64,000 nucleotides of DNA from a virus. Taxonomy: Duplodnaviria > Caudoviricetes. How positions within the stretch are numbered: the first letter of the stretch is position 1; the number at the start of each line of letters is the position of its first letter. The position numbers and the translations under genes were made by a program. The notes beneath the pieces were generated by a model. It did not search any database. It had not been told where the DNA came from and worked only from the letters and a program-made list of their open reading frames with translations. Below are positions 46,705 to 54,782 of the stretch, in pieces. Location of the stretch: positions 32,001 through 96,000 of the IMG/VR virus record IMGVR_UViG_3300033067_001837. One strand, given 5' to 3'.

Positions 46705-46802
46705 AATCGACTCCTGTGTTGTCGGTTATCGGGAAGTCTGCCCGGTTGCATGAACAGTCGGGCAGGCGACATTATTCTATCAAAATTTAAGACTTAACGC
46801 TA

Positions 46803-49800
46803 TCAGCGCACTGGGCAAAATCCGCCCGAACATTCTTGGGATTCGATTTCAAGCAGGGACTCGGTATGGTTCAGATTCACCGGGAGCAAGGTCTGAACGT
46901 AAGCGTCATACGTCTCCTGGGTTACTACCTCTTGGGGCAGATAGGGGTATCCGAGGTCAGCAGCGGTTTTCGTGGGGTCATTGCGCAGAAGGAAGGCGGT
47001 CGCGACGTAACTGTCCCAATGTGTGTCCAACCAGTCAATAATGGCGGGTATCTCAGTCGGGTCGTAGGAAACCGTGATACTAACGTTCTGGTCAACGTAG
47101 TTTCCCATCAGCATCCGATAGCGTTCCAACTGCACTATTGCAGTCTCTCGATTAACAAATCGACCATCTACTTCCTCAAAATCCACATTATCCCAACACA
47201 CGGGCAAACGAACAATCGTTCCTGTTGGGTCGTATGGATTTTCAAAAGTATGATAATTAGAAGCCTGTAAGGTCTTCACTAACGGATCATGTTTTGAAAA
47301 ATTGATATTGTTAAAAATATACTTACCTAGCGGCTTATGAACACCCTCAGTACAATCCATAATCTTTGACAGTGAATTATGGCTTTTCACTGATCCTGAG
47401 TAATACCAATGGGTATTTTCAACTTCTACGTCATACGTTCTCGTTGGTTCTAGGTATTCAATACTCGTAATCTTTCCTGTAATTGCTTTTTGTGTTTTCA
47501 TATTAAATCGACTGTCTTCAGGCAAAGCAGTCATTTTTAAAGAATGTTTTCGGAAAATCTCAAACGATTCTGGTAAAACAGAAGCGCCAAGCGATAACAA
47601 CCACATGGATTTATACTTCTGGCAGTTTTTCCCACCAGTATTATGGGATCGACTAAATCCCAAACCAACCGCCCAAGCAACATCCTGAAAATGCTGTGCG
47701 AACGCAGCATCTGCTGTAGTGTAAGAGATAGAAACAAAATCATCATTTTTATGTTGACTGGCGCAACCATCCGCGTCAAACAGCCCTGCAATAAATGCAA
47801 TAATCACTTCGGTTGAGGCTTGGCGGACTTTTGCGGGAATATGAGCTAGACCATCAAAATACCCATATTTAAAGAATCCATTAGCGTCCAACCAATACCA
47901 TAACTTAGTTGAAGAAATATCGCATATCCAAGCGCATCTTCCTCCGCTTACTGGCAAAACACTCCCAGAAACTCCAAATAATGACTGTGATAATTCAGCA
48001 ACTCTATCAATATGCGCTTTATAAGCAGACATAAACCGAGTGCGCTTACCACTTTCCGACTGCGCTCCATTACCCCACAAATAGCCTAACCACCATGCCA
48101 GGTCGGTATTCATGTGCGTCGGTGGATTCAATTCGTAAGCGTCAGAACGAATACTACGAGTTCGCGACCTTTCCATAGGAACGATATTTTCTGATCTATA
48201 AACACCAAGTTCTACATCAAGAATATCGTCAACACATAACCCATCCGCCCTAACCCAACGGTCTTCGCTGACTACCATCTTCTTGTATTTGTCTTTAGGA
48301 ACTTGTCGCCCAATTACTTTCCATAAATGCTCTGTGGTACTTTCTACGGACATCCCGTAAACCATATTAATCTTAATAACCGGAGCAACTCCATTATCGT
48401 AAGTCTTCGTGATGCGCTGACTTCCTTCTTTCTGAATAACCTTAACGTCTTTTTGAAAATACGCCCAATCACCTTCCAAGTGGTCAGTAAATAATTCATC
48501 CATAGACAGAATACCCTGATCGGTCGTAACCAGCGCATACCAAGGACGGCAACCACTAGGCTTAATTACTGAAACACGCTTACTGTATGGTAGGTCGAGT
48601 TCCTCTGCCATCCCATCTGTTCCTTCCCGAACGAATAAATACAACTCTTTCATTTTTTCAGGGTTATCTTGATATTCCCATTGAACATATCCTGTTAAAC
48701 CAACACCGCATAAATGCAGGTATTGATTAAGTTCATGCCAAGTCTTCTGCAATACACCATCGCATAGATTAACGGTGGTCTGACGATAATTAGCGCGAGC
48801 AATATATCTTGCGGTTTCGCACAACTGTTCAAACCGACCGTTAAATTTAGCTAAATTAATTTCTGTTAAATTACATAAAGACTTATCTCCAAGTATCGCC
48901 TCTCCGCATTGGCCGGTTACAATCCCGTTAAATGTTCCCCGGTGAGCGAGAGGTTCAGTAAAGCAAAAAGTCTCTTCCTCTTCGCAGGGAATGACAGCCA
49001 CCACAGTCACAAAACGACAGGCGTTCTGTCGGGGAAGACCCTGTGAGTATGCATCGGTACGATAATCTTCACCGCCTGTTACGACAGGCATAGCGTACTT
49101 TGTTAGTCGATCTCCAACGCGCAAGTCTTTTGCTTCAACGCGGCGTTCAACGCCCACATGAGTAGATGTACCATCGAGGATTAGCCATTTATGATTAGGT
49201 GTGCAGTTCAGGCTAGAACCGTCACTCAGTTCAACGCGCAATATTGGATTTACGCCGGTACTAAATGGAGTCACAAATGACCAATTTTCGCCGTTCCAAA
49301 CTTTAATCTCTTCCCCGATAGTGTCCTGTATAGGACGGTATCCATCGCTTGTTAATATCTGTGTTTCTCCGGTCACGCAAGGGTTCAATACTGCAAAATC
49401 TGGTGCTCTGCGTACCGCTTCTTGACCGTTAATGATTCCGGGTTCGCTGCCGCCACTATTAACCATCAACTGAAACACCTCGCGCAACCGTTCTTTCGAT
49501 GGCTTGGTATAGAACACTAGAGAGTTGTTTGATTGTGCGCGTTGCGGGTTATCGGAAAAATGATTCTGCTTTGCGGTTGCGAACTCCCGCCATTGCGGGT
49601 GATTGGCTGACAGCATCGCCAACTCAGCGCTGCGTCGGCTGGATAAAATAGAACCAATCCAATTTGCAATATCCAAAATATCAATCGCAGTCAAAAGTTT
49701 CCCCGCAGAGTGATTCATAATTTTAGTAATACCTTCCAACGCTCGCGACAACTGTTCATCACCACTACTGATCCATCCGTAGCCGCGCAACCTGGCTCCC

Positions 49801-50417
49801 GCAGGGCGAATCTGGCTCAGGTCGATAATAAGATGGTTTGCTGGATACTTTCCTGCAATTAGCTTACCAATTGCTTTAGCCCAAGCTTTTGCTGAGTCAC
49901 CAACTTGAATGATCCATGTTTTTGATTCATGCAACCATGTTTCGGTGTTATTTTCAGCACCACCTTTAATGGTTCTCGTAGAGCGAATAATCTCTATACT
50001 GTCAATCGGCTTGCAAAATCCATTTAACACTCCGACAACTGGCATAAATCCAACGCCCGCACCTTGTAGGAGTTGCCAGGTTAAATCAACAATATCAAAA
50101 ACCGTCTTAATTAATAGTCCACAGCAATTGAAATTACTTCCTTCTCTTGTTCTTGAAATCTCAGTACCACCTAACCATAGTGTTCTTCCGGCAACGCTAC
50201 CTTCTCGTTTTAACAAGATACTCTGCAACTGCGCTAATTCGTTTTCCTCCTGCTGCGTCAAATCCTTCCTCTTCGCTCTCTCCCAGAGCCATCGTTGATG
50301 TCGTATCACTCGAGCGACGGTTTGCTCCCAGGTTTCAAAGATGGTTCCTTCTTCATTGAGCGGGCGATTGTAAGTACGACGGGTAACGATTTCAGCACGG
50401 AGGGATGGTGTGGACAT
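46803..50417 (-). CDS. nrdJ: Class II (B12-dependent) ribonucleotide reductase with two inteins
   Basis: RRTYNRP...ETWEQTV, AGRTLWLGG, NFNC, RRSAEL, RAQSNNS, NP|CGE, CNLTEINL, KPSG|SLSK, QNVSITV, C-terminal ECSGGFCPVR. Confidence 0.92.
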   Translation of the reverse strand: MSTPSLRAEIVTRRTYNRPLNEEGTIFETWEQTVARVIRHQRWLWERAKRKDLTQQEENELAQLQSILLKREGSVAGRTLWLGGTEISRTREGSNFNCCGLLIKTVFDIVDLTWQLLQGAGVGFMPVVGVLNGFCKPIDSIEIIRSTRTIKGGAENNTETWLHESKTWIIQVGDSAKAWAKAIGKLIAGKYPANHLIIDLSQIRPAGARLRGYGWISSGDEQLSRALEGITKIMNHSAGKLLTAIDILDIANWIGSILSSRRSAELAMLSANHPQWREFATAKQNHFSDNPQRAQSNNSLVFYTKPSKERLREVFQLMVNSGGSEPGIINGQEAVRRAPDFAVLNPCVTGETQILTSDGYRPIQDTIGEEIKVWNGENWSFVTPFSTGVNPILRVELSDGSSLNCTPNHKWLILDGTSTHVGVERRVEAKDLRVGDRLTKYAMPVVTGGEDYRTDAYSQGLPRQNACRFVTVVAVIPCEEEETFCFTEPLAHRGTFNGIVTGQCGEAILGDKSLCNLTEINLAKFNGRFEQLCETARYIARANYRQTTVNLCDGVLQKTWHELNQYLHLCGVGLTGYVQWEYQDNPEKMKELYLFVREGTDGMAEELDLPYSKRVSVIKPSGCRPWYALVTTDQGILSMDELFTDHLEGDWAYFQKDVKVIQKEGSQRITKTYDNGVAPVIKINMVYGMSVESTTEHLWKVIGRQVPKDKYKKMVVSEDRWVRADGLCVDDILDVELGVYRSENIVPMERSRTRSIRSDAYELNPPTHMNTDLAWWLGYLWGNGAQSESGKRTRFMSAYKAHIDRVAELSQSLFGVSGSVLPVSGGRCAWICDISSTKLWYWLDANGFFKYGYFDGLAHIPAKVRQASTEVIIAFIAGLFDADGCASQHKNDDFVSISYTTADAAFAQHFQDVAWAVGLGFSRSHNTGGKNCQKYKSMWLLSLGASVLPESFEIFRKHSLKMTALPEDSRFNMKTQKAITGKITSIEYLEPTRTYDVEVENTHWYYSGSVKSHNSLSKIMDCTEGVHKPLGKYIFNNINFSKHDPLVKTLQASNYHTFENPYDPTGTIVRLPVCWDNVDFEEVDGRFVNRETAIVQLERYRMLMGNYVDQNVSITVSYDPTEIPAIIDWLDTHWDSYVATAFLLRNDPTKTAADLGYPYLPQEVVTQETYDAYVQTLLPVNLNHTESLLEIESQECSGGFCPVR
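47376..48551 (-). mobile_element. LAGLIDADG-containing intein (392 aa) in NrdJ
   Basis: KPSG|CRPWYALV...STTEHLW...LAWWLGYLWGNG...FIAGLFDADG...TYDVEVENTHWYYSGSVKSHN|S. Confidence 0.92.
48909..49379 (-). mobile_element. Mini-intein (157 aa) in NrdJ ending in Gly-Gln, inserted just before the catalytic Cys
   Basis: NP|CVTGETQILT...CTPNHKW...TFCFTEP...GIVTGQ|CGE. Confidence 0.88.
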
Positions 50418-50447
50418 GGCGTATTTTGGGGTGTTGATCGGACGATC

Positions 50448-50476
50448 ATTGTACTACCAACGTGGTTGGTAGAAAA
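50448..50476 (-). promoter_or_regulatory. nrdJ promoter region with perfect palindromic operator
   Basis: CTACCAAC-GTG-GTTGGTAG (50454-50472) abuts a TACAAT -10 box; the -35 box is poor. Confidence 0.6.
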
Positions 50477-50503
50477 CCCCGCAGAGCGGGGTCTGGTGCT
50501 ATT

Positions 50504-50539
50504 TCAGCACGGCTTCGGCTTAGGCTTACCTTTCTTCAT
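50504..50539 (-). CDS. Candidate 11-aa basic micro-peptide MKKGKPKPKPC
   Basis: GGAGA SD; flanked by terminator-like hairpins at 50473-50492 and 50560-50582. Confidence 0.35.
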   Translation of the reverse strand: MKKGKPKPKPC

Positions 50540-50758
50540 GGAGATTCTCCAGTGGGATTAAAAAACCCAGCTTTCGCTGGGGACGGGTATTATTATAGCG
50601 GTTGACCTATGCGAGCCAGGGAGACACAGATACGATCCAAAACATCATGCAGTGGACACCTTGTGTAGCGTGAACGTCCATCTCCTAGAGCAACAATTCG
50701 GGAGGGGTGATACCGAGCGCCAGGATTCGCTGGAAAATGTGGCTGTATTTTACGGCAG

Positions 50759-51361
50759 TCATTCCATAACCCCCACAAAAACAACATTATCTGGAATTGT
50801 TATGGTTATTGTTTTTGCTACCAATATCCCTGTGCTCCTATTAAAAACACGCATATAACGTATTAGCTGGCTTAACGCACTTTTATCTGCTTTAGTACGT
50901 TTAGCCTCAACAGGACATATATCACCGGACGGTAGTTTTATCCACGCATCCGGTATATGGTTACGGAGTGTTGGCCCTTCTGTGATTGAAGCGCCCGGAA
51001 TATAGGTTGAAATATTTTTCTTGAACTTATCTACAATCGCATATTCAGAATAGTCGCGTGATTCCGTTTGCAACTGTCGCGCTACTGCCGCACGATAAGC
51101 ATGAGAAAAAATCGCGCAATCTGGTTGATTGTGTCCAAACTTACCAACAAACTGAATCCAATCAAAAAAATCTATATCCCCTCCCAATAGATTATAGCAA
51201 AACAAAGCCTCCATGCATGTAAATAGTTCTTTAGAAAAGAAATCATCTTCTTTTCCAAAAGCTACAGCAATATCTGTAGCAAAAAACATTGGCTCGTTAT
51301 CAACAACGATAACGCGAATAGGCGAGGATTCAAACATGAAGGGAACAACTTGAGTCGTCAT
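50759..51361 (-). CDS. Bro-N-like N-terminus fused to a PD-(D/E)xK nuclease-like domain
   Basis: PFMFESSPIRVIVVDNEPMFFATDIA (Bro-N start); HIPDAW...PVEAK...ALSQLIRYM (PD...ExK...QxxxY). Confidence 0.75.
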   Translation of the reverse strand: MTTQVVPFMFESSPIRVIVVDNEPMFFATDIAVAFGKEDDFFSKELFTCMEALFCYNLLGGDIDFFDWIQFVGKFGHNQPDCAIFSHAYRAAVARQLQTESRDYSEYAIVDKFKKNISTYIPGASITEGPTLRNHIPDAWIKLPSGDICPVEAKRTKADKSALSQLIRYMRVFNRSTGILVAKTITITIPDNVVFVGVME

Positions 51362-51369
51362 AACAACAC

Positions 51370-51530
51370 CTATGGTTTAAGGAGTTCCGCCATTTGCGCT
51401 GGCGGGGTAGGCGCTCCTAACGACCATAGATCGTCCCGGCCCTTACGGGTACCGGACGCCTCCCCATTGAGGGCAAGGCTATAGACACAAAAACCGCCTA
51501 ACAGGGCGGGGACTGCTATGGTGCTAGGAG
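51370..51530 (-). ncRNA. C4-like antisense RNA leader with upstream and downstream target sites
   Basis: Site 1 CTCCTAGCACCATAG (51516-51530), terminator hairpin, structured RNA with CCC-GTAA-GGG, complementary segment CTATGGTCGTTAGGAG (51414-51429), site 2 CTCCTTAAACCATAG (51370-51384) next to the start codon. Confidence 0.7.
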
Positions 51531-51535
51531 ATTTC

Positions 51536-51564
51536 TTTATACGCTAAAATCACAAAGAAATCAA
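51536..51564 (-). promoter_or_regulatory. Sigma70-like promoter for the C4-like leader
   Basis: TTGATT-N17-TATAAA. Confidence 0.6.
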
Positions 51565-51589
51565 CAGCCGAAATAAAACCTGTCAGCGT

Positions 51590-51618
51590 ATTCTACCAAC
51601 GTGGTTGGTACTTTTCAA
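51590..51618 (-). promoter_or_regulatory. Second sigma70-like promoter carrying the palindromic operator
   Basis: TTGAAA-N17-TAGAAT; TACCAAC-GTG-GTTGGTA at 51594-51610. Confidence 0.65.
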
Positions 51619-51638
51619 GTATCAAAATCACACTATAA

Positions 51639-51673
51639 CAAAAAAGGCTAGTACGAATTTCGTCCAAGCCTTT
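51639..51673 (-). terminator. Intrinsic terminator after the portal gene
   Basis: AAGGCT...AGCCTT stem followed by a T run. Confidence 0.55.
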
Positions 51674-51698
51674 AAAATCAACAACATACAAACAAAAC

Positions 51699-54128
51699 TT
51701 ACACCATCGGTGGCAGTCCTTCATCAACTTGCAGGGCATTCTTCTGTAGCGCCCCGTTCTGAGAGATGAATTTCATCAGCAGGTCAGCCTCTTGCTGCGC
51801 GGCCTTTCGATTTAAATCCGAAGCTGTCACCGCATTTTTGCGTTCCAGGTCAGCCGCCGTTACCGCATCCCGCCGCCGAATCTCCGCTCGCACCCGTTCT
51901 TCTTCCATCGCAGCACGTCGAGCCGCTTCAGTCTCTTGCGGATCAGGGCCGGGTTTCTCTTCCGGGCGAATTGTCTGAGCCGCCGCTGCTGCTGCTTGAG
52001 AAATCTGCGCCTCGACTTCGGGTGGGACTTCCTGATCAGGTAGCTGAACACCCTGTTGCGCCAGCGCCTGCTGATACTGAATGCGGGTCTTCTCAGCAAT
52101 GTGACGGGCAACGTGATCAAGCAGCGTTTCTTCAATCCGCATCCGCTTTGCGGAGCCTTTTGCGCCGGTATCGAGTTGACTAATGCGCGGAATCATATCC
52201 AAATGCACAGCGATATGCGCGTCATGCAGTTGATCAGGAAACACCTGAACGGGTTCGCCGGACAAAATCGCGGAATTCTCACTGACTGGATCAAGCCTAG
52301 GGATCGGCTTCTCGGTCGGCATAAACCGCTCAGGATTTTGCACACGTATTGCCTGGAGCATATCCATGTGAACCGCCCGCATGTCATACAAATCTGGTCG
52401 AGAGTTCGCCAAATCCAAAACCGCTTGGCTCATGGCGATTCGGTGACTGGATGAGACGATGTTTGGATTTGAAACCGGAATCACATCCACCCGCTCATCA
52501 AAATCTTCCGACATGACGACCATGTCTTGACCGGGGATGGAGTACGGATAGCTTTCCGGCATCGACTCGTAGCACAGTTCCGCGAACCGATGCAGTTCTT
52601 GCTGCTGACTACGATGCAGGCGCATGTGAATCGCGCTCATCACCTTCAAGCCCTGTTCAATCAGCGCCAGGGTAGTGCCTACCGGGCCGTTGTTGTTTGC
52701 GTCACCCACCAGAACCTCGGTAGCGCCACCCATACGCCGCCCCAGTTGATCCAGCAGGCCAAGCAAATTGAATAATACCGGACTCGGTTCCTTATAGGGC
52801 AGCGGGAAGAAAGCTTTACTGAGTTCTTCTATCGTGGACTCGACTTGTTTCCACTCGCCAGGAGATACCGTAGTATCTTTACCGCTCAACTTGGCGTCCC
52901 GACTGCGATAACCCCCTTGCAGGTTCGCAAACTGCGCTGAATCCAGCAGCGCCCGCAGCGCTCCAGTCGCCGAACGAGTCAATCCGCCCATTACATGCAG
53001 CAGGCCAAACCCATAGAAGCCTAATCCGGGAAGGAACTTGTAATGCACGACATGCTGCTTGGGTGTACGGGTCGAGTCGTCCTCTTTCCAGTTCCGATAG
53101 ATCGCCAGCACCTTCTGCTGTTCTTTTTCGACATGGACAACATAAGGTGATTCCAGACCATCCTCTTCATCAAATCCCTTCAGCTTCAGGTAACAGGTCT
53201 GTTCCAGAATCACATGGCGCTGTGAGCTATCGTCCCAGGTCAACGGACTGCGCGAATCCGCCGCATCCTCTTCTTCACGCAGCGTCATATCGGTCTGAAA
53301 ATCCTCATCTGAGGGTTCAAACAACTTTATATCCCGATAGAACCCGGAACGTTGCAGCTTGCGCACGTCGTTGTGAATCATGCGCAAAACGTGGGTCGTT
53401 CGTGGAGCGGACTCCAGGGAATCGCAATGATAGGGCACTACAAAATCGCTGGGGTGAATCAGTTGTCTGGAAATCTTCTGCTTGATCGGGCACCAATACA
53501 GCTTAATGAACGCCGAACCTGATAGCGGCAGGCGGAACAACATCTGGTCGGTGATCGAGAAGGCATCCTTCATCTCAATCGTATAAGCGTAATTGATATA
53601 ATCCTGGACGCGCTTGGCCTGACTTTCCTTCTCGGGACTGAGTTCACCCATCACTACTGTCTTGCAGGGGCCGTTAGAGGGCCAAATCTCTGACAGGGCG
53701 CGCGACTGGAACTGTAAGGTGGCTTCCATCATTAGTGGGTGAACGACCTCACTAGCACCGTCAAAACTAGCCCCACCTTCAACGTTCTCCGAGACACCCA
53801 GGAGACGAATCCCCATCGCTTCACGTTCAAACCAGTCTTTGCGCGACTGTTGATCCCAGTCAAATCGCTGAATCACGTCATCAGCAATTCGGGAGAGTTC
53901 GGATTCATCCATCTCCAGCGCCAAATTTTCATCAAATGCGCCCGTACTTCCGGCAGGAAGCAGGTCGCCCATCAGCGCCTGCTCTTCATCAGTCAATATC
54001 TCCATCCCACCCTGTTCCATGAGCGCGAACAACCCAGCCATAGCAGGGTCTTCTGGGGCTGGAACCGGAACGGGGAGAGCGGATTCGAGGGTGGGTTGTT
54101 CTATCAGTTCTTCAGCCAAGATGACCAT
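51699..54128 (-). CDS. Portal protein
   Basis: FDENLA...SRKDW...VVHPLMMEATLQFQSRA...LPLSGSAFIKLYW...HYKFLPGLGFYGFGL...GPVGTTLALIE; follows terL. Confidence 0.9.
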   Translation of the reverse strand: MVILAEELIEQPTLESALPVPVPAPEDPAMAGLFALMEQGGMEILTDEEQALMGDLLPAGSTGAFDENLALEMDESELSRIADDVIQRFDWDQQSRKDWFEREAMGIRLLGVSENVEGGASFDGASEVVHPLMMEATLQFQSRALSEIWPSNGPCKTVVMGELSPEKESQAKRVQDYINYAYTIEMKDAFSITDQMLFRLPLSGSAFIKLYWCPIKQKISRQLIHPSDFVVPYHCDSLESAPRTTHVLRMIHNDVRKLQRSGFYRDIKLFEPSDEDFQTDMTLREEEDAADSRSPLTWDDSSQRHVILEQTCYLKLKGFDEEDGLESPYVVHVEKEQQKVLAIYRNWKEDDSTRTPKQHVVHYKFLPGLGFYGFGLLHVMGGLTRSATGALRALLDSAQFANLQGGYRSRDAKLSGKDTTVSPGEWKQVESTIEELSKAFFPLPYKEPSPVLFNLLGLLDQLGRRMGGATEVLVGDANNNGPVGTTLALIEQGLKVMSAIHMRLHRSQQQELHRFAELCYESMPESYPYSIPGQDMVVMSEDFDERVDVIPVSNPNIVSSSHRIAMSQAVLDLANSRPDLYDMRAVHMDMLQAIRVQNPERFMPTEKPIPRLDPVSENSAILSGEPVQVFPDQLHDAHIAVHLDMIPRISQLDTGAKGSAKRMRIEETLLDHVARHIAEKTRIQYQQALAQQGVQLPDQEVPPEVEAQISQAAAAAAQTIRPEEKPGPDPQETEAARRAAMEEERVRAEIRRRDAVTAADLERKNAVTASDLNRKAAQQEADLLMKFISQNGALQKNALQVDEGLPPMV

Positions 54129-54258
54129 AAAGTCTCTCTATCCGTCTCACGACGGTTTTGGTGGATCAAGTTCTACGCCAGCAACCAGTGCGGCGATGCG
54201 TTGGAGTTGAGCCGCTAAATCCTGGCTACGATCCGGGAGCGACTGCTGATCCAGTTGT

Positions 54259-54558
54259 TTAAGCCAGGAATGGAGCGATTGAGAGCGTGCCCGATGGGGG
54301 AAAAGGTGAATCCGGGATTGAACCCGTTGGAATCGTGCGTTCATCAGATACCTGTTGATTGAAGCGTTCTTGAATGCTCTGCACTATATCAAATAATTCC
54401 TGGAGGTCTTCCGCATTATTCATATCCAGCAACCTCAGACGGGCTGTTAGATTTATTAGATCGCCTTGTAATTCATTCGTGCGGCGCTCCAGTTGTTTGA
54501 AGAGTTTTAAAGCTTCGCAGTCGCATTTTTTCAATTCAGGAATTCCTGACGATACCAA
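54259..54558 (-). CDS. Hypothetical coiled-coil protein
   Basis: Helical ORF between terL and portal; start uncertain. Confidence 0.45.
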   Translation of the reverse strand: MVSSGIPELKKCDCEALKLFKQLERRTNELQGDLINLTARLRLLDMNNAEDLQELFDIVQSIQERFNQQVSDERTIPTGSIPDSPFPPSGTLSIAPFLA

Positions 54559-54782
54559 CCTGAAATAAGGGAGGTGTCCTCACAGGAGGTATTAGTAAAC
54601 GTCATCCAGTCCTGTAACGCCCCATTTAATTCATTCGTACGCACATGACTACGAATGATCTCAACAAGAATCTCAAGTTGTTTGTCGCGAGAAGTCCGAT
54701 CTAAAGACGGATTCAGTGAGCGATTGAGGATTTCTTGCAGTGTCTTGGAAAACTGTGCGGCGCGAGCGGGATCATTAACCAT
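54531..54782 (-). CDS. Hypothetical protein
   Basis: Overlaps the terL stop; protein-like composition. Confidence 0.5.
   Translation of the reverse strand: MVNDPARAAQFSKTLQEILNRSLNPSLDRTSRDKQLEILVEIIRSHVRTNELNGALQDWMTFTNTSCEDTSLISGWYRQEFLN

Noticed and set aside
50454-50472. NrdR box upstream of nrdJ
   Set aside because: The palindrome does not match the AT-rich NrdR consensus and also occurs at unrelated promoters.
54147-54344. 65-aa ORF upstream of portal
   Set aside because: It overlaps the preceding ORF by 86 nt and has no clear SD; it cannot be supported, though a short real gene is possible.
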